Made by a program: the position numbers and the translations under genes. Below, piece after piece: positions 48,847-58,469 of a stretch of 64,000 nt of DNA. This stretch comes from Escherichia coli (GTDB lineage: Bacteria > Pseudomonadota > Gammaproteobacteria > Enterobacterales > Enterobacteriaceae): NCBI RefSeq assembly GCF_013122565.1, contig NZ_CP053258.1. One strand, given 5' to 3'. Position 1 is the stretch's first letter. The number at the start of each line of letters is the position of its first letter. The notes below the pieces were generated by a model. The model did no database searches. It had not been told where the DNA came from and saw nothing but the letters and a program-made list of their open reading frames with translations.

Positions 48847-49407
48847 ATGAGTGTTCAGGAAAATACTATTAATATTCTGCATGAATTAGAGAGTAATGCG
48901 CTGAAGATTGACGATGCTCAGGCTTCACAGTTCATTTCGCAAATCAGAAATGCCCGGCATATTTTTTTGCAGGGAGCTGGTCGCAGTGGCATTGCTATTC
49001 GCGCTTTTGCTAATCGCTTGCTGCATTTAGGTTTTTCAGTAAGCGTTGTGGGAGAAATATCATCACCGCATACTCAACCTGGAGATCTATTAATTATTGG
49101 GTCAGGCAGTGGTGAAACTACCAGTTTGAAAAGTCTGGCACAAAAAGCAGTTGATAGCGGAGTAAACGTCGCTCTGGTAACTATGAAAGCTGATTCAACG
49201 ATCGGTAAATTAGCTCAATCTGTGTTGGTACTACCAGGAAGTGTGAAAGACGATAACAATCGTGTTGCAGGCGCTTTCGCGCAACCAATGGGCTCAGCTT
49301 TTGAGCAACTCTGCTTTATTACTTATGATGCAATTGTTCTGGAGTTGATGTCTGAACTGGGTGAAAGCAGTGCCACAATGTTTACCCGACACGCTGATCT
49401 GGAATGA
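48847..49407 (+). CDS. SIS-domain sugar-phosphate isomerase (6-phospho-3-hexuloisomerase-like)
   Basis: 186 aa single SIS domain (LQGAGRSGIAIRAF...IGSGSGET). Confidence 0.75.
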   Translation: MSVQENTINILHELESNALKIDDAQASQFISQIRNARHIFLQGAGRSGIAIRAFANRLLHLGFSVSVVGEISSPHTQPGDLLIIGSGSGETTSLKSLAQKAVDSGVNVALVTMKADSTIGKLAQSVLVLPGSVKDDNNRVAGAFAQPMGSAFEQLCFITYDAIVLELMSELGESSATMFTRHADLE

Positions 49408-49425
49408 CTAAAAAGTTGGTAATTA

Positions 49426-49462
49426 GAAAGCAAAAAGCCTGCTAGAAAGCAGGCTTTTTTGA
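49426..49462. terminator. bidirectional terminator between the island operon and asnV
   Basis: AAAAAGCCTGCTAGAAAGCAGGCTTTTTT hairpin. Confidence 0.75.
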
Positions 49463-49465
49463 ATT

Positions 49466-49541
49466 TGGCTCCTCTGACTGGACTCGAACCAGTGACATAC
49501 GGATTAACAGTCCGCCGTTCTACCGACTGAACTACAGAGGA
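49466..49541 (-). tRNA. asnV: tRNA-Asn (GUU)
   Basis: 76-nt reverse complement of TCCTCTGTAGTTCAGTCGGTAGAACGGCGGACTGTTAATCCGTATGTCACTGGTTCGAGTCCAGTCAGAGGAGCCA; anticodon loop CTGTTAA. Confidence 0.95.
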
Positions 49542-49559
49542 ATCGTGTGAACGGGGCGC

Positions 49560-49588
49560 ATATTAATGGCAGTGCATGGTGATGTCAA
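49560..49588 (-). promoter_or_regulatory. sigma-70 promoter of asnV
   Basis: Minus strand TTGACA, 17 bp spacer, TAATAT, about 20 bp upstream of the tRNA 5' end. Confidence 0.6.
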
Positions 49589-49795
49589 AGGGTGAAATGC
49601 ATTTTTTTGTTTGTTTGCTGTCAATTTCAACAAAGTGATGAGATTTCAATCTTATTGGTTATGAACCATCGTGGTGCATACTCTCCTTTTATGGGGCAGG
49701 GGAACGCGATTGCTGATAAAAAGAACCAATGACGAATCTATCATAATCTCTTATTTGACAGTTGGTTAGCTTGTACATCAACGCCAAAATAAAAC

Positions 49796-49811
49796 TGGCA
49801 AGCATCTTGCA
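49796..49811 (+). promoter_or_regulatory. sigma-54 promoter of nac
   Basis: TGGCAAGCATCTTGCA matches the -24/-12 consensus TGGCAC-N5-TTGCA; nac is known to be sigma-54/NtrC dependent. Confidence 0.7.
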
Positions 49812-49866
49812 ATCTGGTTGTAAGTAATGGCGGCACTTGGGCCGATTCTTAAAAACCGGAGGCAAC

Positions 49867-50784
49867 ATGAACTTCAGACGCCTGAAATACTTCGTAAAAA
49901 TTGTAGATATTGGTAGCCTGACGCAGGCTGCTGAAGTATTGCATATCGCACAACCAGCGCTCAGCCAGCAGGTTGCCACACTCGAAGGTGAGTTAAATCA
50001 ACAACTTTTGATTCGCACAAAACGGGGCGTTACGCCAACAGACGCCGGAAAAATTCTCTATACCCATGCGCGGGCCATTTTACGTCAGTGTGAGCAGGCC
50101 CAACTGGCGGTGCATAACGTTGGTCAGGCATTATCGGGGCAAGTCTCGATTGGCTTTGCGCCAGGAACCGCTGCGTCATCCATCACCATGCCCTTATTAC
50201 AGGCGGTTCGCGCTGAATTCCCGGAGATCGTTATCTATCTTCATGAAAATAGCGGTGCAGTGCTTAACGAAAAACTGATAAATCACCAACTCGATATGGC
50301 GGTAATTTATGAGCATTCCCCTGTGGCTGGGGTATCCAGTCAGGCTTTGCTGAAAGAAGATCTTTTCCTGGTAGGAACTCAAGATTGCCCGGGGCAAAGC
50401 GTCGATGTTAATGCTATTGCGCAAATGAACCTCTTTCTCCCCAGTGATTACAGTGCTGTTAGACTTCGTGTTGATGAGGCTTTTTCCCTACGGCGGCTCA
50501 CGGCAAAAGTCATTGGTGAAATTGAGTCTATTGCCACGCTTACCGCAGCGATTGCCAGCGGCATGGGCGTTGCAGTATTACCCGAATCGGCCGCGCGTTC
50601 GTTATGTGGCGCAGTAAATGGGTGGATGTCACGCATTACCACGCCTTCCATGAGTCTCTCTTTGTCATTAAATTTACCCGCCAGAGCGAACTTATCGCCA
50701 CAGGCACAGGCAGTGAAAGAGTTGTTAATGTCAGTGATTAGTTCCCCAGTGATGGAAAAAAGGCAGTGGCAATTGGTGAGCTAA
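49867..50784 (+). CDS. nac: nitrogen assimilation control protein (LysR family)
   Basis: Translation MNFRRLKYFVKIVDIGSLTQAAEVLHIAQPALSQQV... (305 aa). Confidence 0.95.
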   Translation: MNFRRLKYFVKIVDIGSLTQAAEVLHIAQPALSQQVATLEGELNQQLLIRTKRGVTPTDAGKILYTHARAILRQCEQAQLAVHNVGQALSGQVSIGFAPGTAASSITMPLLQAVRAEFPEIVIYLHENSGAVLNEKLINHQLDMAVIYEHSPVAGVSSQALLKEDLFLVGTQDCPGQSVDVNAIAQMNLFLPSDYSAVRLRVDEAFSLRRLTAKVIGEIESIATLTAAIASGMGVAVLPESAARSLCGAVNGWMSRITTPSMSLSLSLNLPARANLSPQAQAVKELLMSVISSPVMEKRQWQLVS

Positions 50785-50885
50785 GCGTTATATCGGGATG
50801 GAATAAGATGCGGGTTTTTATTATTTGTTATGCCGGGCATTAGACTTTAACAATAACGGGAAATCTGAACTGCCCGGAGTTTACC

Positions 50886-51836
50886 GTGAATTTCCAACAA
50901 CTAAAGATAATCCGCGAGGCTGCACGTCAGGATTACAACCTGACAGAGGTTGCGAATATGCTTTTTACCTCACAGTCAGGCGTCAGCCGTCATATTCGAG
51001 AACTGGAGGATGAACTTGGCATCGAAATATTTGTTCGACGAGGTAAGCGACTGCTGGGCATGACTGAACCGGGCAAAGCATTACTGGTCATTGCAGAACG
51101 TATTCTGAATGAAGCCAGTAATGTTCGTCGGCTTGCAGACCTGTTTACCAACGATACGTCTGGCGTTCTCACTATTGCAACGACGCATACTCAGGCACGT
51201 TATAGCCTGCCAGAGGTTATTAAAGCTTTTCGCGAACTTTTCCCGGAGGTTCGGCTCGAGCTAATCCAGGGGACGCCACAGGAAATTGCGACGTTGTTGC
51301 AAAATGGTGAAGCTGATATTGGTATCGCCAGCGAGCGTTTGAGTAATGACCCGCAGCTCGTCGCCTTCCCGTGGTTTCGTTGGCACCATAGTTTGCTTGT
51401 TCCACTCGATCATCCCTTGACGCAAATTACACCATTGACGCTGGAATCAATAGCGAAGTGGCCATTAATCACTTACCGACAGGGTATTACGGGGCGCTCA
51501 CGCATTGATGACGCATTTGCCCGCAAAGGTTTGCTGGCAGATATTGTATTAAGTGCGCAGGATTCTGATGTCATTAAAACCTATGTTGCTCTTGGGCTGG
51601 GGATCGGATTAGTTGCCGAACAATCCAGCGGTGAACAAGAGGAAAAGAATTTAATCCGCCTGGATACGCGGCATCTTTTCGATGCTAATACTGTCTGGTT
51701 GGGACTCAAGCGAGGACAACTTCAGCGTAACTATGTCTGGCGCTTTCTGGAACTTTGTAATGCAGGACTTTCAGTTGAGGATATCAAGCGGCAGGTGATG
51801 GAAAACAGTGAAGAGGAAATTGATTATCAGATATAG
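50886..51836 (+). CDS. cbl: CysB-like LysR-family regulator Cbl
   Basis: 316 aa MNFQQLKIIREAARQDYNLTEVANMLFTSQSGVSRHI...; GTG start. Confidence 0.95.
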   Translation: MNFQQLKIIREAARQDYNLTEVANMLFTSQSGVSRHIRELEDELGIEIFVRRGKRLLGMTEPGKALLVIAERILNEASNVRRLADLFTNDTSGVLTIATTHTQARYSLPEVIKAFRELFPEVRLELIQGTPQEIATLLQNGEADIGIASERLSNDPQLVAFPWFRWHHSLLVPLDHPLTQITPLTLESIAKWPLITYRQGITGRSRIDDAFARKGLLADIVLSAQDSDVIKTYVALGLGIGLVAEQSSGEQEEKNLIRLDTRHLFDANTVWLGLKRGQLQRNYVWRFLELCNAGLSVEDIKRQVMENSEEEIDYQI

Positions 51837-51837
51837 C

Positions 51838-51868
51838 AAAAAGCCCGCTATAAAAGCGGGCTTTTCAG
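51838..51868. terminator. bidirectional terminator between cbl and asnU
   Basis: AAGCCCGCTATAAAAGCGGGCTTTT hairpin. Confidence 0.75.
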
Positions 51869-51873
51869 AAATT

Positions 51874-51949
51874 TGGCTCCTCTGACTGGACTCGAACCAG
51901 TGACATACGGATTAACAGTCCGCCGTTCTACCGACTGAACTACAGAGGA
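51874..51949 (-). tRNA. asnU: tRNA-Asn (GUU)
   Basis: Identical 76-nt sequence to the copy at 49466..49541. Confidence 0.95.
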
Positions 51950-51965
51950 ATCGCTGTTGAGGCAC

Positions 51966-51993
51966 ATCTTAACGGCGAAAAATCTTTTGTCAA
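51966..51993 (-). promoter_or_regulatory. sigma-70 promoter of asnU
   Basis: Minus strand TTGACA, 16 bp spacer, TAAGAT. Confidence 0.5.
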
Positions 51994-52109
51994 ACCCGAT
52001 TTTTAAATTTCCCAACTGTTTGCCGTTTCTATCAACAGTTTGTTGCATTTGCAGACAATTTGTTGGCGAAAATCTTTGCAGCTTTGCTGATTCTCCCTCA
52101 TTATTTGAA

Positions 52110-53597
52110 ATGTGGTTTCACTTTCTGCAATTAAGGTCGGCTTTGAATATCTCCTCTGCTTTACGCCAGGTTGTTCACGGCACTCGCTGGCACGCTAAAC
52201 GCAAGAGCTACAAAGTGTTGTTCTGGCGCGAGATAACCCCGCTTGCTGTTCCTATCTTCATGGAGAATGCCTGTGTCCTGTTGATGGGGGTTCTGAGCAC
52301 TTTTCTGGTCAGCTGGCTGGGAAAAGATGCGATGGCCGGCGTGGGATTGGCGGACAGCTTCAATATGGTCATTATGGCTTTTTTTGCAGCTATCGATCTT
52401 GGTACTACTGTCGTTGTGGCATTTAGTCTCGGTAAGCGGGATCGACGACGAGCGAGGGTGGCGACGCGGCAGTCATTGGTGATCATGACGTTGTTTGCCG
52501 TACTGTTGGCAACGCTTATTCATCATTTTGGCGAACAAATTATTGATTTCGTCGCGGGTGATGCCACGACAGAAGTTAAAGCACTGGCGTTGACTTATCT
52601 GGAGCTGACGGTACTCAGTTATCCAGCAGCTGCCATCACTCTTATTGGTAGCGGGGCACTTCGTGGTGCAGGGAATACGAAAATACCGCTATTGATTAAC
52701 GGTAGCCTGAATATTCTTAATATTATTATTAGCGGCATATTGATTTACGGCCTTTTCTCCTGGCCGGGACTGGGATTTGTCGGGGCTGGGTTGGGTTTAA
52801 CCATTTCTCGTTATATTGGCGCAGTTGCAATTTTGTGGGTGCTGGCGATTGGTTTTAATCCTGCGCTAAGGATTTCGTTAAAGAGCTATTTTAAACCGCT
52901 GAATTTTAGCATTATCTGGGAAGTCATGGGGATTGGTATTCCAGCAAGTGTCGAATCAGTATTATTTACCAGTGGTCGGTTATTAACCCAAATGTTCGTT
53001 GCCGGGATGGGAACCAGTGTTATTGCCGGAAATTTTATCGCGTTTTCAATTGCGGCTCTTATCAACTTACCCGGAAGTGCGCTCGGCTCTGCTTCTACGA
53101 TCATTACAGGCCGAAGGTTGGGAGTAGGGCAGATAGCTCAAGCAGAGATTCAGTTGCGGCATGTGTTCTGGCTGTCTACTCTTGGATTAACGGCCATCGC
53201 CTGGCTAACGGCTCCCTTTGCCGGGGTTATGGCATCGTTTTACACCCAGGATCCACAGGTTAAACATGTCGTTGTGATTCTGATTTGGCTAAATGCTTTA
53301 TTTATGCCTATTTGGTCCGCCTCATGGGTGCTACCCGCTGGATTTAAAGGTGCTCGTGATGCCCGTTACGCCATGTGGGTTTCGATGTTGAGCATGTGGG
53401 GTTGTCGGGTTGTAGTCGGTTATGTGCTGGGCATCATGCTTGGCTGGGGTGTGGTTGGTGTCTGGATGGGAATGTTTGCCGACTGGGCTGTGCGGGCCGT
53501 GCTGTTTTACTGGCGAATGGTTACTGGACGTTGGCTATGGAAATACCCTCGATCCGAGCCGCAAAAGTGTGAAAAAAAGCCAGTTGTGTCGGAATAA
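52110..53597 (+). CDS. yeeO: MATE-family multidrug/flavin efflux transporter
   Basis: 495 aa from MWFHFLQLRSALNISS...; 12 transmembrane segments; the ORF-track start 51957 would overlap the tRNA and is rejected. Confidence 0.9.
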   Translation: MWFHFLQLRSALNISSALRQVVHGTRWHAKRKSYKVLFWREITPLAVPIFMENACVLLMGVLSTFLVSWLGKDAMAGVGLADSFNMVIMAFFAAIDLGTTVVVAFSLGKRDRRRARVATRQSLVIMTLFAVLLATLIHHFGEQIIDFVAGDATTEVKALALTYLELTVLSYPAAAITLIGSGALRGAGNTKIPLLINGSLNILNIIISGILIYGLFSWPGLGFVGAGLGLTISRYIGAVAILWVLAIGFNPALRISLKSYFKPLNFSIIWEVMGIGIPASVESVLFTSGRLLTQMFVAGMGTSVIAGNFIAFSIAALINLPGSALGSASTIITGRRLGVGQIAQAEIQLRHVFWLSTLGLTAIAWLTAPFAGVMASFYTQDPQVKHVVVILIWLNALFMPIWSASWVLPAGFKGARDARYAMWVSMLSMWGCRVVVGYVLGIMLGWGVVGVWMGMFADWAVRAVLFYWRMVTGRWLWKYPRSEPQKCEKKPVVSE

Positions 53598-53650
53598 ACG
53601 ACAAAATGCAGATTATTTCAGCAAACGATTTCAAATTTAAAAAACAGGCT

Positions 53651-53679
53651 TTGACATTGTGGGTGGGCATCGCTAATAT
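53651..53679 (+). promoter_or_regulatory. sigma-70 promoter of asnW
   Basis: TTGACA (53651..53656), 17 bp spacer, TAATAT (53674..53679), 19 bp upstream of the tRNA. Confidence 0.65.
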
Positions 53680-53697
53680 TCGCCTCGTTCTCACGAT

Positions 53698-53773
53698 TCC
53701 TCTGTAGTTCAGTCGGTAGAACGGCGGACTGTTAATCCGTATGTCACTGGTTCGAGTCCAGTCAGAGGAGCCA
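53698..53773 (+). tRNA. asnW: tRNA-Asn (GUU)
   Basis: TCCTCTGTAGTTCAGTCGGTAGAACGGCGGACTGTTAATCCGTATGTCACTGGTTCGAGTCCAGTCAGAGGAGCCA ending in CCA. Confidence 0.95.
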
Positions 53774-53834
53774 AATTTTAGTTTTGAGACATCTCTATGA
53801 GTCTCAAGGCAGTTAAAAAATAAAAATTATTTTT

Positions 53835-53872
53835 ACCCGGTTAGCTTGTAAAAAAGTGACCGGGTTTTTTGA
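53835..53872 (+). terminator. rho-independent terminator downstream of asnW
   Basis: ACCCGGT...GACCGGGTTTTTT hairpin with T-run. Confidence 0.65.
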
Positions 53873-54223
53873 TTTCTGTGTTTCGTGCGCTTAATCGAGT
53901 CTCATGTTTCATTGAGCAAATTGCCCCCAACAGACATCACGATTCGCAAGTTCAAAAACTTCGTTCCGTGAAGTACCGTACAAAGATAAAGAAAAAATAC
54001 CTTACGCGGGATGTCGCTGTCGCGTCTTTATCGGGAAACTATACGTAATTGCCACTTTGTCTTCGGTAATCAGAAAAAGAAGACCTGCCATATTAATAAA
54101 TATTATTTCTCTGGGGACGGAGATTTTTTATAAGCAATATGACGAGTTAAACATTATATTTTTTATAAGGATTATATGAGATTAAAGAAATCTGCCATAA
54201 AAACAGATTTCTTTAAAATATAA

Positions 54224-54940
54224 TTAGAGATTTGCGACGTTATGATAAACTTTTTGTACATCGTCGTCATCTTCAAGGGCATCAACAAGCCCTTCAAAGA
54301 TTTCTAAATCTTCTGGGGAAAGCTCAACTTCTGATTGAGCAATCATTTCTAATTCTGTTGTTGAGAACTCAGTGATTCCAGCTGCTTTTAGAGCCGCGAT
54401 TCCTTTATGAAGGTCAGTAGGTTCAGTATAAATAACAATGTTACCTTCTTCTTCAGTCACATCACGAACATCAACTTCAGCTTCAAGTAAAATTTCAAAA
54501 ATATGGTCAGGGTCTGTTCCTTTAAATACAATCACACCCGTATTGTCAAACATATAGCTGACAGAACCTGCCGCTCCGATATTGCCGCCTTTTTTATTGA
54601 AAATTGTGCGAACGTTAGCAATCGTACGGTTAACATTTGAAGTCAATGTCTCGGCGATAATCATTGAGCCATTAGGACCAAAGCCTTCATAACGGCCCTG
54701 CACGAACGTTTCATCTCCGCCGCCTTTGGCTTTATCAATTGCTTTATCAATAACGTGTTTTGGAACTTGTGCCTGCTTTGCACGTTCAATAACGAATTTT
54801 AAAGATGTGTTTAATTCTGGATCGGGTTCACCTTGTTTAGCAGCAGCATAGATTTCTACACCGAATTTTGCATAAATTTTAGACGTTGCACCGTCTTTAG
54901 CCGTTTTTTTAGCAACAATATTGGCCCATTTACGTCCCAC
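54224..54940 (-). CDS. yeeN: YebC/PmpR-family transcriptional regulator
   Basis: 238 aa [27 protein letters not shown]...; matches YeeN. Confidence 0.93.
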
Positions 54941-55282
54941 TGGAATGATCTCCTCGAAAATTTATTTACATTACTGGTAAATCGTTAACATGTGTTAATT
55001 CGGCATATTATATCATAACAGGAAAAATCTCGTCTATTAGAAATAAAAATATTCTAAAGTCATAATCTTATATTTAATTTTATAAAAACTTATAATGTTG
55101 GTGGGGTTTTTTATAATTGTGTTTTGAAAGCATACTTGCTTTTAATATGTGGAAATCATTAAGACGATAATAAAACTCGTATCCGCCCAAGGAAGCAAAC
55201 AGCCCGCGTTTATTGCGGGCTATTTGCCAGATGTCTTACTTAATCCTTCACATCTATTTTTGATAAGAAGGTTCAGAACTTA

Positions 55283-56737
55283 TTATCGGAACGGCGGCTC
55301 ATTAAAGGTTCGTAATTTACGTGAATGCAGTCGGTCGCCTTCTGCGCGCAGCAAATCGATTGCCCGAATGCCAATTTGCAGGTGTTCGGAAATAGCGCCT
55401 TCATAAAAACGGTTAGCCTGGCCGGGAAGTTTAATCTCGCCATGCAACGGTTTATCTGAAACACACAGTAGTGTCCCGTATGGCACGCGGAAACGATATC
55501 CTTGCGCGGCAATGGTTGCACTTTCCATATCAATTGCCACGGCCCGGCTTAAGTTAAAACGAAGTGCAGAAGCTGAGTAACGTAATTCCCAGTTCCTGTC
55601 ATCTGTGGTTACCACAGTGCCAGTACGTAGCCGCTGTTTGACTTCCTCACCGGGTCTGCCGCTCACCAGCTTGGTGGCGTCATAAAGCGCACGTTGCACT
55701 TCAGCAATGCTCGGAATAGGAATATCGGGCGGCAGAACCGCATCAAGAACGTGGTCATCGCGTAAATAAGCGTGTGCAAGTACATAATCGCCAATGGCCT
55801 GACTTTCACGTAATCCGCCACAGTGACCAATCATCAACCAGACATCCGGGCGTAGCACTGCCAGATGATCGCAGATGGTTTTAGCATTTGACGGTCCCAC
55901 GCCAATATTCACCAGAGTAATACCCTGACCATCGGCGGTAATTAAATGCCATGCTGGCATCTGGTGTTTTTTCCATGCAAGGTCGGAAATGGCTTCTTCT
56001 GGCGCTTCGGTTTCGGCGGTGATCCAGTTCCCGCCAGCACAAGAAAGGGCAATGTAGGGACTATCAGGATCGAGGATCTGGCTGCATCCCCAACGAACGA
56101 ATTCATCCACATAACGTGTATAGTTGGTAAACAAGACGAACGGCTGAAAATGTTCAACTGGCGTACCGGTATAATGGCGCAACCGTGCGAGGGAAAAATC
56201 GACGCGGCGCGCATCAAAATGCGATAGCGGGGAGAATTCAGTTGGATGATAAATGCCGTCTGCAGTTTCATCGCCAATTTGCGCCAGTTCTGTTGTCGGG
56301 AAATAGCGAGTTAACCCAGCGCTCATTGAGCGATCAAGTGTCAATTCAGAGCCATCGATGACATAAGGATAAGGGATTTCATGCTGCGAGGGTTGCACAG
56401 AGATATGCGCACCATAATCCTGATACAGCAACGTAAGTTGTTCATTAAGATACGAACGAAAGAGAGTAGGGCGAGTAATCGTGGTGGTGTAGCTGCCTGC
56501 GTGAGTAAAACGACCAAATGCGCGCGTTTTGGGGGGATTTGTTGTGCCACCGTCCCAGGTTACGGTCAGTGATGGATAGACAAAAAGACCTTGTTTGCGG
56601 GCGTTTTCATCAGGTAATTCGCCACTTGTAATATAGTTGCCAATGGCGTTGCGTAATGCGACTACAGATTGCTCATACAGCGCGTCGAGTTTATCCAGTG
56701 CCTGAGCTGGGGTCAGACCGGAGCCCTTATTATTCAT
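55283..56737 (-). CDS. amn: AMP nucleosidase
   Basis: 484 aa from MNNKGSGLTPAQALDKLDALYEQ...; the ORF-track 5' extension to 56893 is rejected. Confidence 0.95.
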   Translation of the reverse strand: MNNKGSGLTPAQALDKLDALYEQSVVALRNAIGNYITSGELPDENARKQGLFVYPSLTVTWDGGTTNPPKTRAFGRFTHAGSYTTTITRPTLFRSYLNEQLTLLYQDYGAHISVQPSQHEIPYPYVIDGSELTLDRSMSAGLTRYFPTTELAQIGDETADGIYHPTEFSPLSHFDARRVDFSLARLRHYTGTPVEHFQPFVLFTNYTRYVDEFVRWGCSQILDPDSPYIALSCAGGNWITAETEAPEEAISDLAWKKHQMPAWHLITADGQGITLVNIGVGPSNAKTICDHLAVLRPDVWLMIGHCGGLRESQAIGDYVLAHAYLRDDHVLDAVLPPDIPIPSIAEVQRALYDATKLVSGRPGEEVKQRLRTGTVVTTDDRNWELRYSASALRFNLSRAVAIDMESATIAAQGYRFRVPYGTLLCVSDKPLHGEIKLPGQANRFYEGAISEHLQIGIRAIDLLRAEGDRLHSRKLRTFNEPPFR

Positions 56738-56838
56738 GTGTGTCTCCTGTTCCATACAATTACCGCACATCCGATAGTATGTCACAGGAATGTGAAACAA
56801 AAGTGTAAGGCGAAGATCGGATGATCTTCGCCAGGCTA

Positions 56839-58155
56839 TCAAGCGCGTTGATTGTCTTTCATCAACAAAGCGGTTATTGCGGAAATCAGGCATCCAGCCA
56901 GCAAATAAATGGCGACGCTATGCCAGTTCCCGGCAAAGTAAGTGATGAGTGCAGCGGCAATAAAAGGTGTAAATCCACCACCAACCACACTGGCAACCTG
57001 ATAACCGACTCCAGCGCCACTATAGCGATAACTGGCACCAAACATTTCGGTAAACATCGGTTGTTGCACACACACCACCATGTCATGCGCAATGTTTGCC
57101 AGCATTATGGAGAAGAAAACTATCCAGAAAATAGATTGTGCTTCAAGCGCCATAAAGAAAGGAAATGCGCTCAACGTTCCGATTAACGCACCTGTGATAT
57201 AAACCCTGCGGCGACCAAAACGATCGGCAAGCCAGGCAAAACAGGGAATTGTCAGGCAGCTTAATCCACCTACCAGCAAACCAATATTAAGGAAAAGTTC
57301 GCGCGGTAACCCCATATTCTGGGTTGAATAATTAAGTGCAAAGGCGGTAACGATGTACATCGTCAGCAACTCGCACAGCCGTAGCGCAATAATCTTCAGG
57401 AAAGCACCGGGATGTCGTAACAGAGCTTCGATAACCGGGATGCGTTTTTTCGCGGCCGCTTGATTATGTTGCTGTTGTTCAAATTCCGCAGACTCCTCCA
57501 TGCCATTGCGCACCCACAATGCTCCCAGTACCAGTACGATGCTAAACAGGAAAGGAATGCGCCAGCCCCAGCTTAAAAACTGTTCGTCAGTCGTCATCAT
57601 ACTGATCAATGAAACCAGTCCGGTTGAAAGCAGTAAACCTACACCGTAGCCAACTTGTACACCGCTACTGTAAAAGGCTTTTTTATTTTTCGGTGCACTT
57701 TCAACGGAAAGCAACGCCGCGCCTCCCCATTCGCCGCCGACGGCAAATCCCTGAATGGCACGCAGCGTCACCAGTAAAATAGGTGCCCACCACCCAATGG
57801 TCGAGAATGAAGGAAGAATACCAATCAAGGCTGTCGCGATGCCCATCATCCAGACGGTCAGCATTAACATGCGCTTACGTCCCAGTCGGTCGCCAAAGTG
57901 ACCGAAAATGACACCGCCGAGCGGACGGAAAAGGAATCCGACGCCAAAGGTGGCAAATGCGGCGAGCGTTCCCATCGCCGGGCTTACTTGCGGGAAAAAC
58001 TCGCGATTAAACACCAGTGCGGCGGTGATGCCATAGAGTAAAAAATCATACCAGTCGACGACGGCACCAGCGAAACTGCCTAACGCAGCTCGTCGGGCGC
58101 GACTTAACGAAAGCGTCCCTTCATCGGGACGAGTGGAGATGAGCGTGGAGTCCAT
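56839..58155 (-). CDS. shiA: shikimate/dehydroshikimate:H+ symporter (MFS)
   Basis: 438 aa MFS transporter; matches ShiA. Confidence 0.93.
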   Translation of the reverse strand: MDSTLISTRPDEGTLSLSRARRAALGSFAGAVVDWYDFLLYGITAALVFNREFFPQVSPAMGTLAAFATFGVGFLFRPLGGVIFGHFGDRLGRKRMLMLTVWMMGIATALIGILPSFSTIGWWAPILLVTLRAIQGFAVGGEWGGAALLSVESAPKNKKAFYSSGVQVGYGVGLLLSTGLVSLISMMTTDEQFLSWGWRIPFLFSIVLVLGALWVRNGMEESAEFEQQQHNQAAAKKRIPVIEALLRHPGAFLKIIALRLCELLTMYIVTAFALNYSTQNMGLPRELFLNIGLLVGGLSCLTIPCFAWLADRFGRRRVYITGALIGTLSAFPFFMALEAQSIFWIVFFSIMLANIAHDMVVCVQQPMFTEMFGASYRYSGAGVGYQVASVVGGGFTPFIAAALITYFAGNWHSVAIYLLAGCLISAITALLMKDNQRA

Positions 58156-58469
58156 AATGATCCTGTTTGTACTGTCTTTTTATAATTAGTATGGAAAAGG
58201 TAACTCACATTGCCGTCGATCTATAAACGAACCTTATGAGACTACCTCGACAGAGCGCATCTGCAAATGATTTTATGGCTGATTAGCGGCAACATGAAAA
58301 ATTCGCTGGAAGATGAAAGCGCGGGAGTTGCTGGTGTTGTTTAAGGATTAAGCAGAGGACCCACAGGTTCGAGATATGAAACATAAAAGTCCGCATATGC
58401 ACAAAATGGCACCCTGATGAGTCTGATAGACTGCATTGCATTATAACCAGTAGGGAGGCGAGGTTAGGT

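Noticed and set aside
51957-52109. 5' extension of the yeeO ORF (track start 51957)
   Set aside because: Would overlap the tRNA-Asn gene and its promoter; the ATG at 52110 gives a 495-aa MATE protein.
56738-56893. 5' extension of the amn ORF (track start 56893)
   Set aside because: Would overlap the shiA 3' end; the conserved AMP nucleosidase N-terminus begins at MNNKGSGL (56737).
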